A DNA stretch of 64,000 nt from Orbicella franksi (Eukaryota). Within the stretch, counting starts at the first letter, position 1; the number at the start of each line of letters is the position of its first letter. Below, piece after piece: positions 51,646 to 63,639 of this stretch. A program made the position numbers and the translations under genes. The notes beneath the pieces were generated by a model. The model saw nothing but the letters and a program-made list of their open reading frames with translations, was not told where the DNA came from and did no database searches. The stretch covers positions 7,316,001-7,380,000 of the forward strand of contig OZ116712.1 in NCBI GenBank assembly GCA_964199315.1, read 5' to 3'.

Positions 51646-52286
51646 GGGTCTTTTGTCCGACGTAAGACTGCATGGAATGAAGTGTTGACGTCAAAATTGA
51701 AAAAAAGAATTTCTTCTTAGATTTCCTTAGATTTGGGCTTTACACGAAAGGGCAAAAATATTCATAAAAATCTCTAAAATACGTAGCAAATGGAAACATA
51801 AAAACTACTGTTGCTATGTTTTTGATAACAAAACAATAACAACGCAGTTACAGTGTAGCGTTCCTGTCAGCTCTTCTCTGGTGTAACAAAAATACAGTCC
51901 GGCAAGTGGCTTTGCAAACAAACAGAAAGTAATCACGTATTGAGATCTTTTGAATAGGCTTGCCACTTCCAATTTATAAGATGACAATTAGGGATAACCG
52001 CAGCGTTTTTAATAGTTAAACAAGTTGTTTTGATTTTTGTGAAATCGTTTCTGGAATCCGTTACATTTTTTTTTTTCTGTCACCTCTAAGTATGTCAAAT
52101 ATTTACGTCTCTCCCAACTGTTTTGGGCGTGCACCATGCCATCTGCAGGTGGAGGTTCAGAACAATTTACTATGAATAGAAGCTAGTTTTTCAGCTTTAG
52201 GCCTTTAGCTTTCAGCGACAGTAGCGATATGCTGTTATTCTGGAGTTTCTGTTTTAGTACAGCTTCATTAAACTTGATGTGGTCAC

Positions 52287-52355
52287 TGTTAGAGTCCGCA
52301 TGTTATTGAAAGGCGCAGTAATACTGCGCCTTTCAATAACATGCGGACTCTAACA
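52287..52355. repeat. Perfect palindrome: 34-bp arms, 1-nt centre
   Basis: TGTTAGAGTCCGCATGTTATTGAAAGGCGCAGTA-A-TACTGCGCCTTTCAATAACATGCGGACTCTAACA; zero mismatches. Confidence 0.98.
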
Positions 52356-54155
52356 TCCAAAGTTCAACCGACAAATGCGTTTTTCGCTACCGTCAATCAA
52401 ATGCTCGGCGGCTCCCCGGAAGCTGGGAGGATCCGCCGCCGCTACTAAATCATGCACTTAGCAGCGTAGTTAATTTCGTCAGTTTCAAGCGAGCGCATGG
52501 CGTGCAATCTGTGCCTTGCATGATACGCAAAACGTGTGCACACTATAAATACAAATTAAGGTTAAGTCGAAACGCTCTTGCAAAACAAGACTAACTCTAG
52601 GGCTCTAAGTCACCAGGACCTCGTCCTCTCGTATGAGCTACCCATTTTCGTCAAAATATGTTGTGTCGCAGCGAATGTTTGATTGTGCGGTCCTCTCGTG
52701 TGTACTGATGGTGGAGCAAGTCACAAAGGGAATTAAAGTGCCCCTGCAAGTTGTCCCCGTGTGTAAACATTTCAAGGCTTCTCCAAGGTCGACCTTGAAC
52801 GATATGGTCGCGGCTTCTGCTGACTATTTGTCGTTAGCCTGTAAAGAACACCATAAGTAACAATTACAATGATGAATGAATATAAAGCAGTAGACAAAAA
52901 AAAATTAAAAAAAAAAAAAAAGATAACAGAAACGAACGACTGAGCGCACGGCACAGCGTAGGTAGTGTTCACACAGGATTCCTTGGAAGATACGTGTATG
53001 GTGAAGGAGCAGAAAGTTATTGTCAACTCTTACCTTACAAATCCCTTGCATTTTTTGACAGGAAGTAAACTATGAAGACGAAACATGAAAAAAAAAAGAA
53101 GACTGGCCGCTTTTGACTGCATGCAAAATGTTACTCTTCGATATCTTGAAGGTTAGCCGGTATATACTGTTGACTAGAATACTCTAGAAGCTTAACCCTC
53201 TGAGCGTTTTATTTCTTTTCATGCTCTTTTGTGGGGCTTAACAATGGAAGGGGAGTGGGAAGTTTGTTTCAATCATGGAAGAACATATAATATATATAGA
53301 TACCTCACGATGATCTTTTTAATATTCGTCCGGCAATATCCTCTTCTGAATGGGGATGCGAGGGACGCGTATGTAGACTATCGAGGTAATACAGGTGTGT
53401 GAGACTTGTTGGAGAAGCTGTACATAAACATGGTGGCTCCTTTTGTTAGTGTTTCTGCATTTCCGGATCCCGTAGAAAAACAATTACGCTTAGATTTCCA
53501 GGATCTAGGTTGCTTAATTGGTGCCGCTGACGGTAAAAGACCGTTGATTACGGCAAGAAACAATGGTAAACATTTTCCCACTAGCAAAAGGAGACATCGT
53601 TCTCAACAGGGCTGCTATCGCATTGCCTTCTGTTGGACTGCAGTTGTGATGAGAATGGAATGGGAACAAGCTAAAGGCAATTGTGAAATTGTCTTCATAT
53701 TTCTTCCTTCAATGTCGATGAATAAACTGCTGGACGATTGACAAGAACAAAGACGTGTCTACATTAGTAGTTTTGCATCTGACTTCACCACAATAGACCA
53801 CTAAGCTGTTCACTCAGCATGTCTACTTACCTGATGTGCATATTGGCAAAGTTTGACAATTGTTATCCAACGAAACTGCCTTCCTTTAAAGATAGCGGCG
53901 GCGTCTTAGAACGTATGATGGATAGACTAAATCTCATCTCAGTCAATCAGCTGTTATAGGTAATTCGTAGCCACTCAGCTGTGTTGTATTGGAAATCCGT
54001 GAAGCTGACTCGTTTTCTCGTCGTTTTCTATTCGCTGATAAGGAACGATCGCGTGCGCTGCTCTTGAAACTGAAAATTGTTTTTAATTTTGAGCCTAGAA
54101 AAATACTCAAAATTATAGGTTTTGTGCTGTGACCCTTTAGAGTGTCTACTAAAAC

Positions 54156-54248
54156 AATTAGACTACTCGCTATTGTTTTCTATGAGCGATAATCAACTCG
54201 GCCACGCCTCGTTGACTAATCGCTCATAGAAAACGAGAGAGAGTATAA
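54156..54248. mobile_element. Short palindromic MITE-like element
   Basis: GTTTTCTATGAGCGAT (54175-54190) / ATCGCTCATAGAAAAC (54219-54234), with inner TCAAC/GTTGA; resembles a recalled coral foldback family. Confidence 0.75.
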
Positions 54249-54460
54249 CCTTTTTTACTTTTAAACTAAAGAACAAGAATATTTTTGGACCGATTCTATT
54301 TTTTAGACCTTTCTGTAAAGTGCTTAATATTTTGACGGTCATGTTGATGGGCGGAATCACCAACTGGCTTTTCTAAGATAAAGTGACTCAGATTATTTGA
54401 GAGCTACAGTATCCCGCATTGTTGGTCTACGTTAACTTAATCACCGTAGAATTTATACAG

Positions 54461-55339
54461 ATGTCGGTTGTCGCTATACTCAAGCGTCCTGCTCCGTCCG
54501 TCCGTCCGTCCCTACTCAAGCGTCGTATTTCTTGCAGAGCTACTTCAGAAGCTGTGGTAAGTTTCCTTGCCTGGTTTTGCTCATTTTCAGACATTCCGAT
54601 GTTCAATCTGATAAGGTTTTTGTTTATTGAATTTTACTTTCAGATATTACAGAGAGAAACGCTTGGGTTTCGAGAAGTGAGGAAATTCATTTGTTATTGG
54701 CCCTAAAAGGTCCTTGTTTTCTGGATTTGATGGAAGAAATGATTGAAATGATTGACTTGCAGACCTGCACATCTCTAGCAAGATTGCAATCCTTCTTTGA
54801 TGGAGGTGACGATTACAACTTCTTTCAAAGGTGCGTCAGTTTTGCTGTTTATATGTTTGTTGTAGTTGTTTATCTTCTCGTTTGCTATACTGCTCGTGAA
54901 TTTCTTTTTCCATTGTTCTAGGTTGAACCAGGTTGGTGCTCGATGTCTCACTTTTCATTCAGTTGTTAGCACCAACCTGCCTCTGATCCCATAACAAGAT
55001 ACTTGGACGTAGTATTAGTCATTTGTTTTTCTTGGTTTACACTATCGTTTTCTTTATTCTCCTTATGTTATTTTAGTACTTTCCTTTTCTGCTTTACTAT
55101 TCAGGCTATTCAGGCTGTACTACTCAGTACGAAAGGTTCATGAGCTAGACTGGTTAACGGGACATCGAGGTGAAAGACCTGTTAAGTATCGGGATGAGAC
55201 TGAATAGGCTGCTTGGCTGCAAGAAATGTTTACTGGAGAAATCATGTTTCTAAACAGGCGTCTACAAAAAAGTAAAAGTGAGGAGAAGGGAAAGAAAGAA
55301 AGCAGAACAAAGCAAAGTAAAGGATACGACAAGAATTAA
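54461..55339 (+). pseudogene. Candidate decayed 5-exon gene (54461-54556, 54644-54676, 54763-54830, 54922-55008, 55105-55339)
   Basis: Four GT-AG introns of 87, 86, 91 and 96 nt. One reading frame is carried across all four junctions, with internal stops at 54992 and 55205. Product not recognised. Confidence 0.4.
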
Positions 55340-55962
55340 AGTAATACGGGAAATCAAAGAAAAATTCTTATAAGCTGTTGGACATGTCTCTTTTTTGCAA
55401 GGGTACAACAAGGAAGACTACAAGTGCAAACAGGTAAGATGTTTTTCCTGGCAATAGTTTTCACTTTAAGAATTCGTTAAAGCATTTTCAACATTTATCA
55501 TTTGAAACTATGTAATTGTTTTAATGGTTTTGAGAAACACGACACAAATTACTTATGATGTTAATGGCGTTCATGTAGAAGGTGGACGGACCCCTATAAT
55601 AAACAACAGCGTAAAAAGTATGCTTATGTTTTGTTGCTGCTGCTGTTATTGTTATTATTGTTGTTGTTGAAACCCTCTGTCTACAAATAGAAGTGAAATT
55701 ATTGTGGTAATTGCTAGTAACTATGGACAGCTAGTAGTTAATCCACCAGGAATCGAACTTGAGGTCTGACGTGTTAGACCTACCGCTAGCAGAGACTGGG
55801 CCGAATAAGCGAACTTTTAAAATCTGAGGCAAACTTTCATTTTGTAAAAAAATGGGGTCTACAGGACTTTTGGACTACCTTCAAGTTAAAACCCTGAATT
55901 CAAGTCATGCGAGACCTCCACTTCGCCTCGCCTACTTAACTGTTATATACTTAACAACAACG

Positions 55963-56089
55963 TTCCATTTTGCCGTGCGTCTGTTCAGTAATATGTCACA
56001 GATGACGTCATTAATGTGTCATTGATTTTATTACCACACTTTGACGTCTTCTTTGGTCTTTTACTGAACAGACGCTTGGCAGCTTGGAA
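55963..56089. mobile_element. Foldback element, 48-bp imperfect arms, internally deleted
   Basis: TTCCA..TGCC..GCGTCTGTTCAGTAA..GACGTCA mirrored by TGACGTC..TTACTGAACAGACGC..GGCA..TGGAA. Confidence 0.75.
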
Positions 56090-57719
56090 TTTACCTGTTT
56101 TATATGATAAAAAAAAAACAAAAAATGTTAATATTTGTCGTCCAAGAGATCATAGGTAAATGCGAGAATAATTTGACTTATCACTGATCTTATAATCGGC
56201 TTGTCAACGACACTCCTTATAACTGTATTCAAAATTTTCAATAATTCCTTGGCACGTTAACCAGGGATTTGAGATTGAGTCTCAAAGAGAAGGAGCTACA
56301 GTTGGTCAGGTTGTGGGTGGTAGCCGTCTGTACCCGGCGACCAGCAGCGGCTGAGTACAGAAGCTGGATGTAAAACTTCCGGCTATGAAGTATTACGACA
56401 CTACTCCGGTGTATAGACTGATCAGTCTTAAAGGTGTTTCATATCAGTCTAAGCTGTTTATTTCGTGAACTTCCACTTTGTTGCGTCATGCACGTCGAGT
56501 CATGTCACTTTGCTGCGTCATTCATGCACAGAGCAGGGTCAAAAAGATAGTCTTTTAGATACTTTTTACTTGTTAGACACGACGACATCGGCGTTGCTGT
56601 AAATTTCTATCGTGCTTTACCTTACCTTACGTTACCTTACCTTGCCTTACCAGTTTCCCGCTTAAACGCCAAATAACCGTCAACTTTGTTACTTGCGGAA
56701 GATCCAATGTGCTATTGTAGCTAAAGTTTAACTTCTTAGACGGGATCTATTGCTCTTTCATCTCAGAACTTAACACCATGCTATGCAATTTCAGTGATAA
56801 CCCCTTAAATCATGCAGACGGAGCATAAACTTGTCTTTAATCCCCGGCCATCCTAACTTAGTGTGGGAGTGGCCACCGAGATGGCTTTTACAGGAGATTG
56901 AACTATAATGACACCTTCAGCTAGCGATGGATGGGATAAACTTTTTTGAGGTTTAATGTCCTTACTACATCGACTTTATCCAATTCAAGCAGAGTTTCAC
57001 TGACTCGTTTGCCTCTTCCTTTGGAGATCCTATTATTATTTTCATTCAGGAAATGTTGAATTTTTGAAGTAGTTAATCAAGAGAAAATTGTCATGCACTT
57101 TTACAGTGAATGTGAAAGAAAATTATCTGTAAAATCCAATCAAATCTGAAGGCATAGAAAAATAGGTGTCTAAGATAGATTAATAGCTGAAAAATGACTT
57201 CAGATTACCAAAGCAGACGATGATAAACCAGAGACTAAAGAAGGAAAGACTGGGGCAGATTAGAAATGTATTACAGAACGCAATATTTCTTTTCAATTGG
57301 GTCAGAAGAAAAACAAATTCAAGTTCTCCATAAAAGCCATGCAACGACGTTTACTGAGGTGCACAAGCGAGGAAATAATGTGTGCTACAGTGAAGCCCGC
57401 TCTATTATGATGTTCTCTTATTCAATGTTTTGTGCATTGAAGCTGAAATTAGCTCTTTAAAGAAATGTCAAGAGTCAAGAAGGGGATTTAAAGAAAAGAT
57501 TTAGCGAATTTGTTCGGTTTATGTCGACGAACAGAAATCTGTGTAAGTTAATTTCCTTGAAACGTGGTTCCTTGATGTGAGTTTTACTGCTTAAAAAAGA
57601 TGTCCGACCGTTTTGTAGCCGGTTGAGATTTATCAATAAATTCATTTATCATTGTCACGGTAAAATTGCAGAAAAGCGATAGGGAAAGCGTGATAACCCA
57701 AACTTAAGCTCGCCTCTAG

Positions 57720-57860
57720 ACGTCTATGGATAAAGTCTTAAGTTTTGAATATTCTGTTGAACAATACTGAGCTGTATGTTCATGCGATACTGTTTATTAT
57801 GCTGCATGAAGTGGCTCTATCATAGAATGATAAGTTTTGTTTTTCTTTCAGAGACTGTTG
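57720..57860 (+). repeat. ~78-bp repeat family fragment
   Basis: GTCTATGGATAAAGTC..TACTGAGCTGTATGTTCATGCGATACTGTTTATTATGCTGCA. Confidence 0.6.
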
Positions 57861-58899
57861 GCATTTTTAATCGGGAAATGTTAAAAATTGAGGGCGATAA
57901 TATGCAATTTTACTAAGCAAACAGTTATCTTGAAATCCAATTAAAATGTAAGAAAAAATGTGGTTGTGGACGTCGATGCAGGTAACATGGGAAAAGATTA
58001 AAACGGACTACAAAACGCATACTTTCTTTCTGGGCTAGTAGAAATATGAAGTGTGCTACCCATAAAAGCCACGAAACGACGTTGGTATACTATGTTCACC
58101 CATTCAATTCCACAGGCGAACCAAACCTTTTGTGTGCTGACATTGAGCAGAAATGTTGAAGGCCAGACGAAATGTAACTGATCAAAGCTGAGCAAGATTT
58201 TTAAAAGGATTGCACTAGGTTAAAATTGGTTTATTTCGCTGAACAAAAAATGAAAAGTGGTCTCTACTGGTGGTCTCGAATGCTTTCAGCCAACCTTTGT
58301 TCGCTAAGTAATTAATAGTTGCTCAATAAATTGCATTTTTTGCGTGCTCATTTTAAAGTTACATCTCATTATCGAACTGGCAGTGGCTAAGACTCCTTCC
58401 GTTTTTGGATTTACAGAGTTGACATAAATGGAATCCAAATATGTATTTTTTTTTTTTTAAGAATTCAAGTTAATGTTTTGATTAGCTCAAGTATAGCCTC
58501 AAGTTCACATTGTACTGATGAGAGAACTTGAATTCATCCTTTTACTTGAAATTAAATTACACTTTCAGTTCTTGTCATCAGTTGTAGGTCCAGGTTTCGT
58601 TTGCATTCGGAAATATTGAATATTGACGCAAACATTTAATAGGGGTATGTCATGCTATTTTACGATGTAAACAGTTATCTTAAAATCCAATTGATCAGAG
58701 AAAAATAGAATAATAAGGTAGAGTTCTTCTTAAAAATACCAAAATGACTTTAAACCATTAAGAAAGCTTATGATTAGAAAAGATTAAAATGGATTGTATC
58801 GGTTTAAAATTGGTTCATGTCGCCTATGAGTTTATGAACCAGCTATTGATGCGATAACTGATCTTCATTATCACTTAACGTTTGCAACCCTTATTCCCC

Positions 58900-59110
58900 T
58901 AAGTTTGGATGAAACTGTTGGATAAAAGATTGTTGCTCTTGAAATGAAAGCGTAATGCAAGTATTTTTTCATATGGTACTGTTTATAATGTCTGTGAATG
59001 ACAAGCATATGACCCCTCCAATGAAAGCTGTCGAAGGGTCCTGTTTGTTTTTCATAAGTCGCATCATACTTTTCCTTTCGAGTTTTGAAGTTTTACACTC
59101 GCTGAATTGA
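58900..59110 (+). repeat. ~78-bp repeat family fragment
   Basis: GAAATGAAAGC..TGGTACTGTTTATAATG..CCAATGAAAGCTGTCGA; ends GAAAAGGTTAA. Confidence 0.55.
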
Positions 59111-62100
59111 AAAGGTTAAAGGTAATATATAATCATTTGATCGTTTTATGTTGAAAAGGAAATACCTGGCGACCTTCAAATTTTCAAACAACTAGCATTG
59201 TCTCTTAACGGGTAGAATACCGTGGTTGTTTCACTTATTTTATAACCATACTATTGAAAACGAACTTCGCATGCCGTGTTTTTGCACTTTGGTAATTTAA
59301 GTGCCATTGTGCGGTTTTATGTCGTTTGGTGCATATACCGGCTACAGACTATCAAAAAATATCCTTGCAAAATCCTCCGCGCTATTTAACAAGTTTGTTG
59401 CCTCAATTAGATCCTCTTAACACCATTTCTTACCGAGCGTGATATTTCCTCTTGATTTGGCTTGTCTTCTTCTTAGACTTTAAGTATACCCGAATGGAAT
59501 CTAAGATGCTACCGTTGTATACTAACATTTTAAATGGATCAGAAAATTTGGCGCCATTTTTTTTATTTCTAAAAGACGAAAGCTTAGGTTTATTTTTAAG
59601 AAAAATGTAGACGCGCTTGGTTAAAGAGATTAATGGTGTTTATGGGAGTCGTGTGGCTTTCTCGTTGGTGCTAATACCTCGGTTTAAGTTCCTATTTCAG
59701 TCGTGTCAACAATTAATGCTAATATTAAAATAATACGTCTGTAAATCTCATGGTCGAGGTCAATGTCTTCGGCGAAGAAACCAGGATACTGTCATGCAGG
59801 GTTAGGTTGATTTCTAACATCTCAAACGAGTTGATAGAGAGAAACAGCAGTGATACTTTGATTAGTAAGAGATCACTGGAGTCCAGTAGAGTCAAAGAGT
59901 GCGTGCGTAATTAATTCGCTTACCTCATCAAAAATAACTTTATAGTCTCAAACTATCCCCCGACCCCTCCCTCCGACAGCTCGCTAGAAAACGTTGTGTT
60001 TCGGTGGACATGTGCCAGGCACCAGAAGGCACAAAAAGGACGAAAAAAGCTGTGGCCAAGGCATTGTGCCTTGTGAGTAATTTTGCTGATTGGAGATCAC
60101 TTACGATAGCGAGATTAGCATCTGATGAAAAAAGGACAAACCTCGAAAAAAGTTGAGATCTAATAGTGAATGTCCATTCTGAAATAATGCTGCAACATTA
60201 GAATAGGTTTAAGTTGTCAGATAAGTGAGAACTCAAAACGTTACGTAATGAATCGAAAGGACGCTTCCTAAATTCAGAACAGTTTTGACTGGTAAGACAC
60301 TTGTTGACGGTGCCCCTTTAAGACTGCATTAATAAAACCAATTAAAGTTTTTGTCAACTAAAATGGATTGTTAACTAGACAAAGGTCGTAAAGGAAGATT
60401 AGTTGTAAAGTAAACAACAGGTGTAAACCATACTAACCCGGATTAAAAGACACAGACATGATGAGGGTGGTTGCGCATGCGTGATTAAAGAATTCAGCTA
60501 AACGGATTTTGTGTTGGAAAATAGGCTGCCTGCACGAAAGCGTGTAAATTAACGGTTTGCGCCAACGTAAGAACGGCCAAAAACGCATTCTTTACTTTAT
60601 TTACGTCTATATTGTTAGCACTTGTGGGAAGATCCACATGCTCAAAACGCGGCTCAAGGATCTAGCGGCACCTCCACTCCTTTGGTCAAGTTTGTCAGGT
60701 TTTTTTTTTTTTTCAAAATCTTTTAAAACCGGAGTAGGGTTTCCATTTAGCTGAATGGTTTTATCGATTTATCGAGCATGACTAAAATAGCACGCGACTC
60801 ACTAATGGTTAAACAGGTTATCGGTTTTGAAGAAAATGCTTGCATTAAACTATTGTTATAAAATCTGGGGGAGGTATTGAACACGTTTAAAAACTCTGCA
60901 TGAACATTTTTGTTTGCAAACTGGTTTTGTTATTTTCAGAGACAATTAAAAATACCATTTGTGAGCGAAACTTACGAAAATTTCGGATGACTCTAAGAGT
61001 TTTATTTACTTTGATAAGTGCTCGGTTTCTCTTTATGAATTCTGAAGATTTCTATCGTTATATTAATAGTGATTAACGCACGATGTATAAAAGACACATT
61101 AAGGGAAGAATTGATAAAAAAAATCATTAAATAAACGTTTACAAAGGAGGCGCATTAACTACAACCGTCTAGTGCATACAGTGAAGTATTCTGAGCATGT
61201 CTTATTTCATGCCAGGTTGGGTTGTTTGATTGCCGTATTGTCTTTCACTTAATGCAATTATAATAAACAACACAGTTAAAATCCGGATGTTCAGGATAAT
61301 AGATCGCTCACGTCTCGAAGTGGCTTTTTCGCTTCCTTTTGACAATAATTGTTTTTCCCGATGCTGCTTGTCTTGTCAGCATTAATTTGATTACTTCGTC
61401 GGCTGGCATTCGTTTGAAAATTAAGGGCCTTCTGATTAATATTTCCTTAGAATGTTCGTGGGCGGGCTAAGATTCAAATGCCACTGAGGGAAAATTGGGA
61501 GACGAAAATATGATCTATTGCTACTTAAAGCTTTTAACCAAACAAGCGTATTTCATCAGAGTCACAACAGCGATACTTCCGATCTGGCCTAAGAATTTGT
61601 GAGAACAAAACAGCTCTTAAACTGTCTACCATGTCAAGGGATTTTTGCCAAAACTAATTAGGGTCATTTGTTTCTCGCCGAAGTCTAAGCAGGGATAAAT
61701 GGTTTTAGAAGGAAGTCCTTTATTGGAACTTTGCCCCTAAGGAAAAATTCTAGAGAATTTTTTTTGACAGCTTTATGATCTCAAATAAAATTCCCTTTTG
61801 GAGAAACAGCGCTAATTGGGTATTGACAATCTATTTTATTAGACTTAAATAGATTTTGGTGCATTAAAAGTATCAAATATAACATTTTCTCACTTGGTAG
61901 GCAATAATCACGCATATCTATCTATATATATGTTTTCAAGGGCTCAAGGTTATTTGGCAACCATTCAATCCAAATAGCCGGGATAAAGCGGATTATCACC
62001 GGGCGGACCTCATAAAAAGTCCCTGTTATCCATATCCGGGACTAACTTCTGTATTGCCTTGTTTTTTGCCAGTATTTTCAAACAATGCGGCGGCCATTTG

Positions 62101-62111
62101 GGTGTTCCTAG

Positions 62112-62536
62112 CCTCGGGGGTTACTCTCAGAAAAACTGGGTGGAGGTGTGCGGCCTGCTTCACAAAACCCTTACCCTATGTAAGACTAAAATTTGTGATT
62201 TTTCGCACCCTATTTATGACCTGACCAAAAATTTGGATACCCAATTTAAGACCTGACCCTTAAATTAATACCCTGTTTGAGACTGCCTCATAATTTGTTC
62301 CCTAGTTCAGACCAATGTTACAGGCAATGTTTATATGTTTTTATTAGGTAGGATAGCTTCTAAACAACATACTCAATTCAAGACTAGAGTACAAAAAGCA
62401 GACCCTATTTGAGACCCTGAAGTGGCCAAAATCGATACCCTATTTCTGACCAAAACGGCGTAAAAAAAAACGTACTCTTTGGGGCCACACGTACCTATAT
62501 GGCTCATATAAAGGATGCCCCCCCCCCCCTCCGGGG
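62112..62536. mobile_element. Non-autonomous DNA transposon with CCCGGGG-type G/C-rich termini
   Basis: Left end CCTCGGGGGTTACTC, right end GGATGCCCCCCCCCCCCTCCGGGG; internal ACCCTATTT..GACC subrepeats occur at least 4 times; resembles a recalled coral family. Confidence 0.7.
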
Positions 62537-63639
62537 GTTCCCATACAGTATATATCGAGAATATGCTTGAAAAAAACTCATCGAGATATAACGTATTTAT
62601 CAAGGTAGAGAAATTACTTTGTATCGTACCTCTGGATTTGTTGCGTCCCGGCAACAAACGTTATTCTTCTTGTTATTATGATATAAATCGTGTTTCATAT
62701 CACAGTCGTCTAGCTTCGTATGTTTTTAAATTCAGTCTCTGGGCTTCTCTGTGAAACTCGAATTCTTACTCTCCTCAATGATTGTCTGAGATTTCTTTTC
62801 ATGAAAGTTTTTAGAATTGTGTGCCTAGAGGGGTGAATAACATTTATAACTCCCCTGGAGACGTGTGATTGAGAGATAATTTCACCTTGTAATATATCAA
62901 TGCATTAGCCAAGACACAGACGACAAAAATAAAGAAGTAATCATTTTGGAGACATGACCTCTATGTACCGTCAAACATTCTAGAATGCATGAACTTTAAT
63001 TACTTATGGTGAGTGATACTTTGAGCTTCGGACTGCATGGTCCAAGTTGTGATTTTTAAATAGGTTTAAAAAAGGCAACGAAAACCTATTCTCATCTGAT
63101 GAAAATTGATTTATTTTGTCATCTTTGGACAATGGAACTATTAGAGTTTCGATATGACACAACTTCTCATTTTACGCCATAACTTTTGTACTCCTCGCTT
63201 GCTAGGCTGTTCAAGTCAAAAATGTCTAGTTGTGTAAGAATCTCTTCACCTTCTTTACTGTTCCACTTTGTGATTAAAACTCGAAGCTGTTTATGTTTCT
63301 ATTCCTTTCTAAACGCATCAATGACATTTGAATCTTTATTTTGATTGTATAACATTGTTGAAACTAATATTACATTGCCAAGAGAAAAATGAAACGTCTA
63401 GCAAACTGAATTTAACACCGCCGTTGGGTTTTACCTTTCAAAGTTGGTATATTACAACAATGTACTGATATTGCTACCTTGGCTATTTTTAAATCTCCAC
63501 CGAAATGATTTCTTTTCCGTTGTTTTTAGCCATCTTTTTGATGCAGCTTCACTATACTGATCCTATTTTAGCTGGCACAATACCCTTTAACTTATAAAGC
63601 CAAACTAAAATATCCATTTATTAACCGTGGTTAGTGCTT

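Larger units (their letters stand above)
47480..53928 (-). ncRNA. Candidate multi-exon long non-coding RNA (exons 53928-53831, 53729-?, 53069-53034, 52838-?, 49880-49815, 47753-~47480)
   Basis: TATAACA at 53958 exactly 30 nt before Inr-like TTAGTC (A at 53928). Donors CAG|GTAAGT, AAG|GTAAGA, TAG|GTAAGT. Pyrimidine-rich acceptors at 53730, 53070, 52839, 49881 and 47754; AATAAA at 47505-47500. The splice combinations I tried give only short ORFs. Signal-based inference. Confidence 0.45.

Noticed and set aside
52544-52860. Plus-strand TATAAATA followed by a 75-aa ORF
   Set aside because: No Inr at about +30 and no recognisable protein; the region is better explained by minus-strand splice signals.
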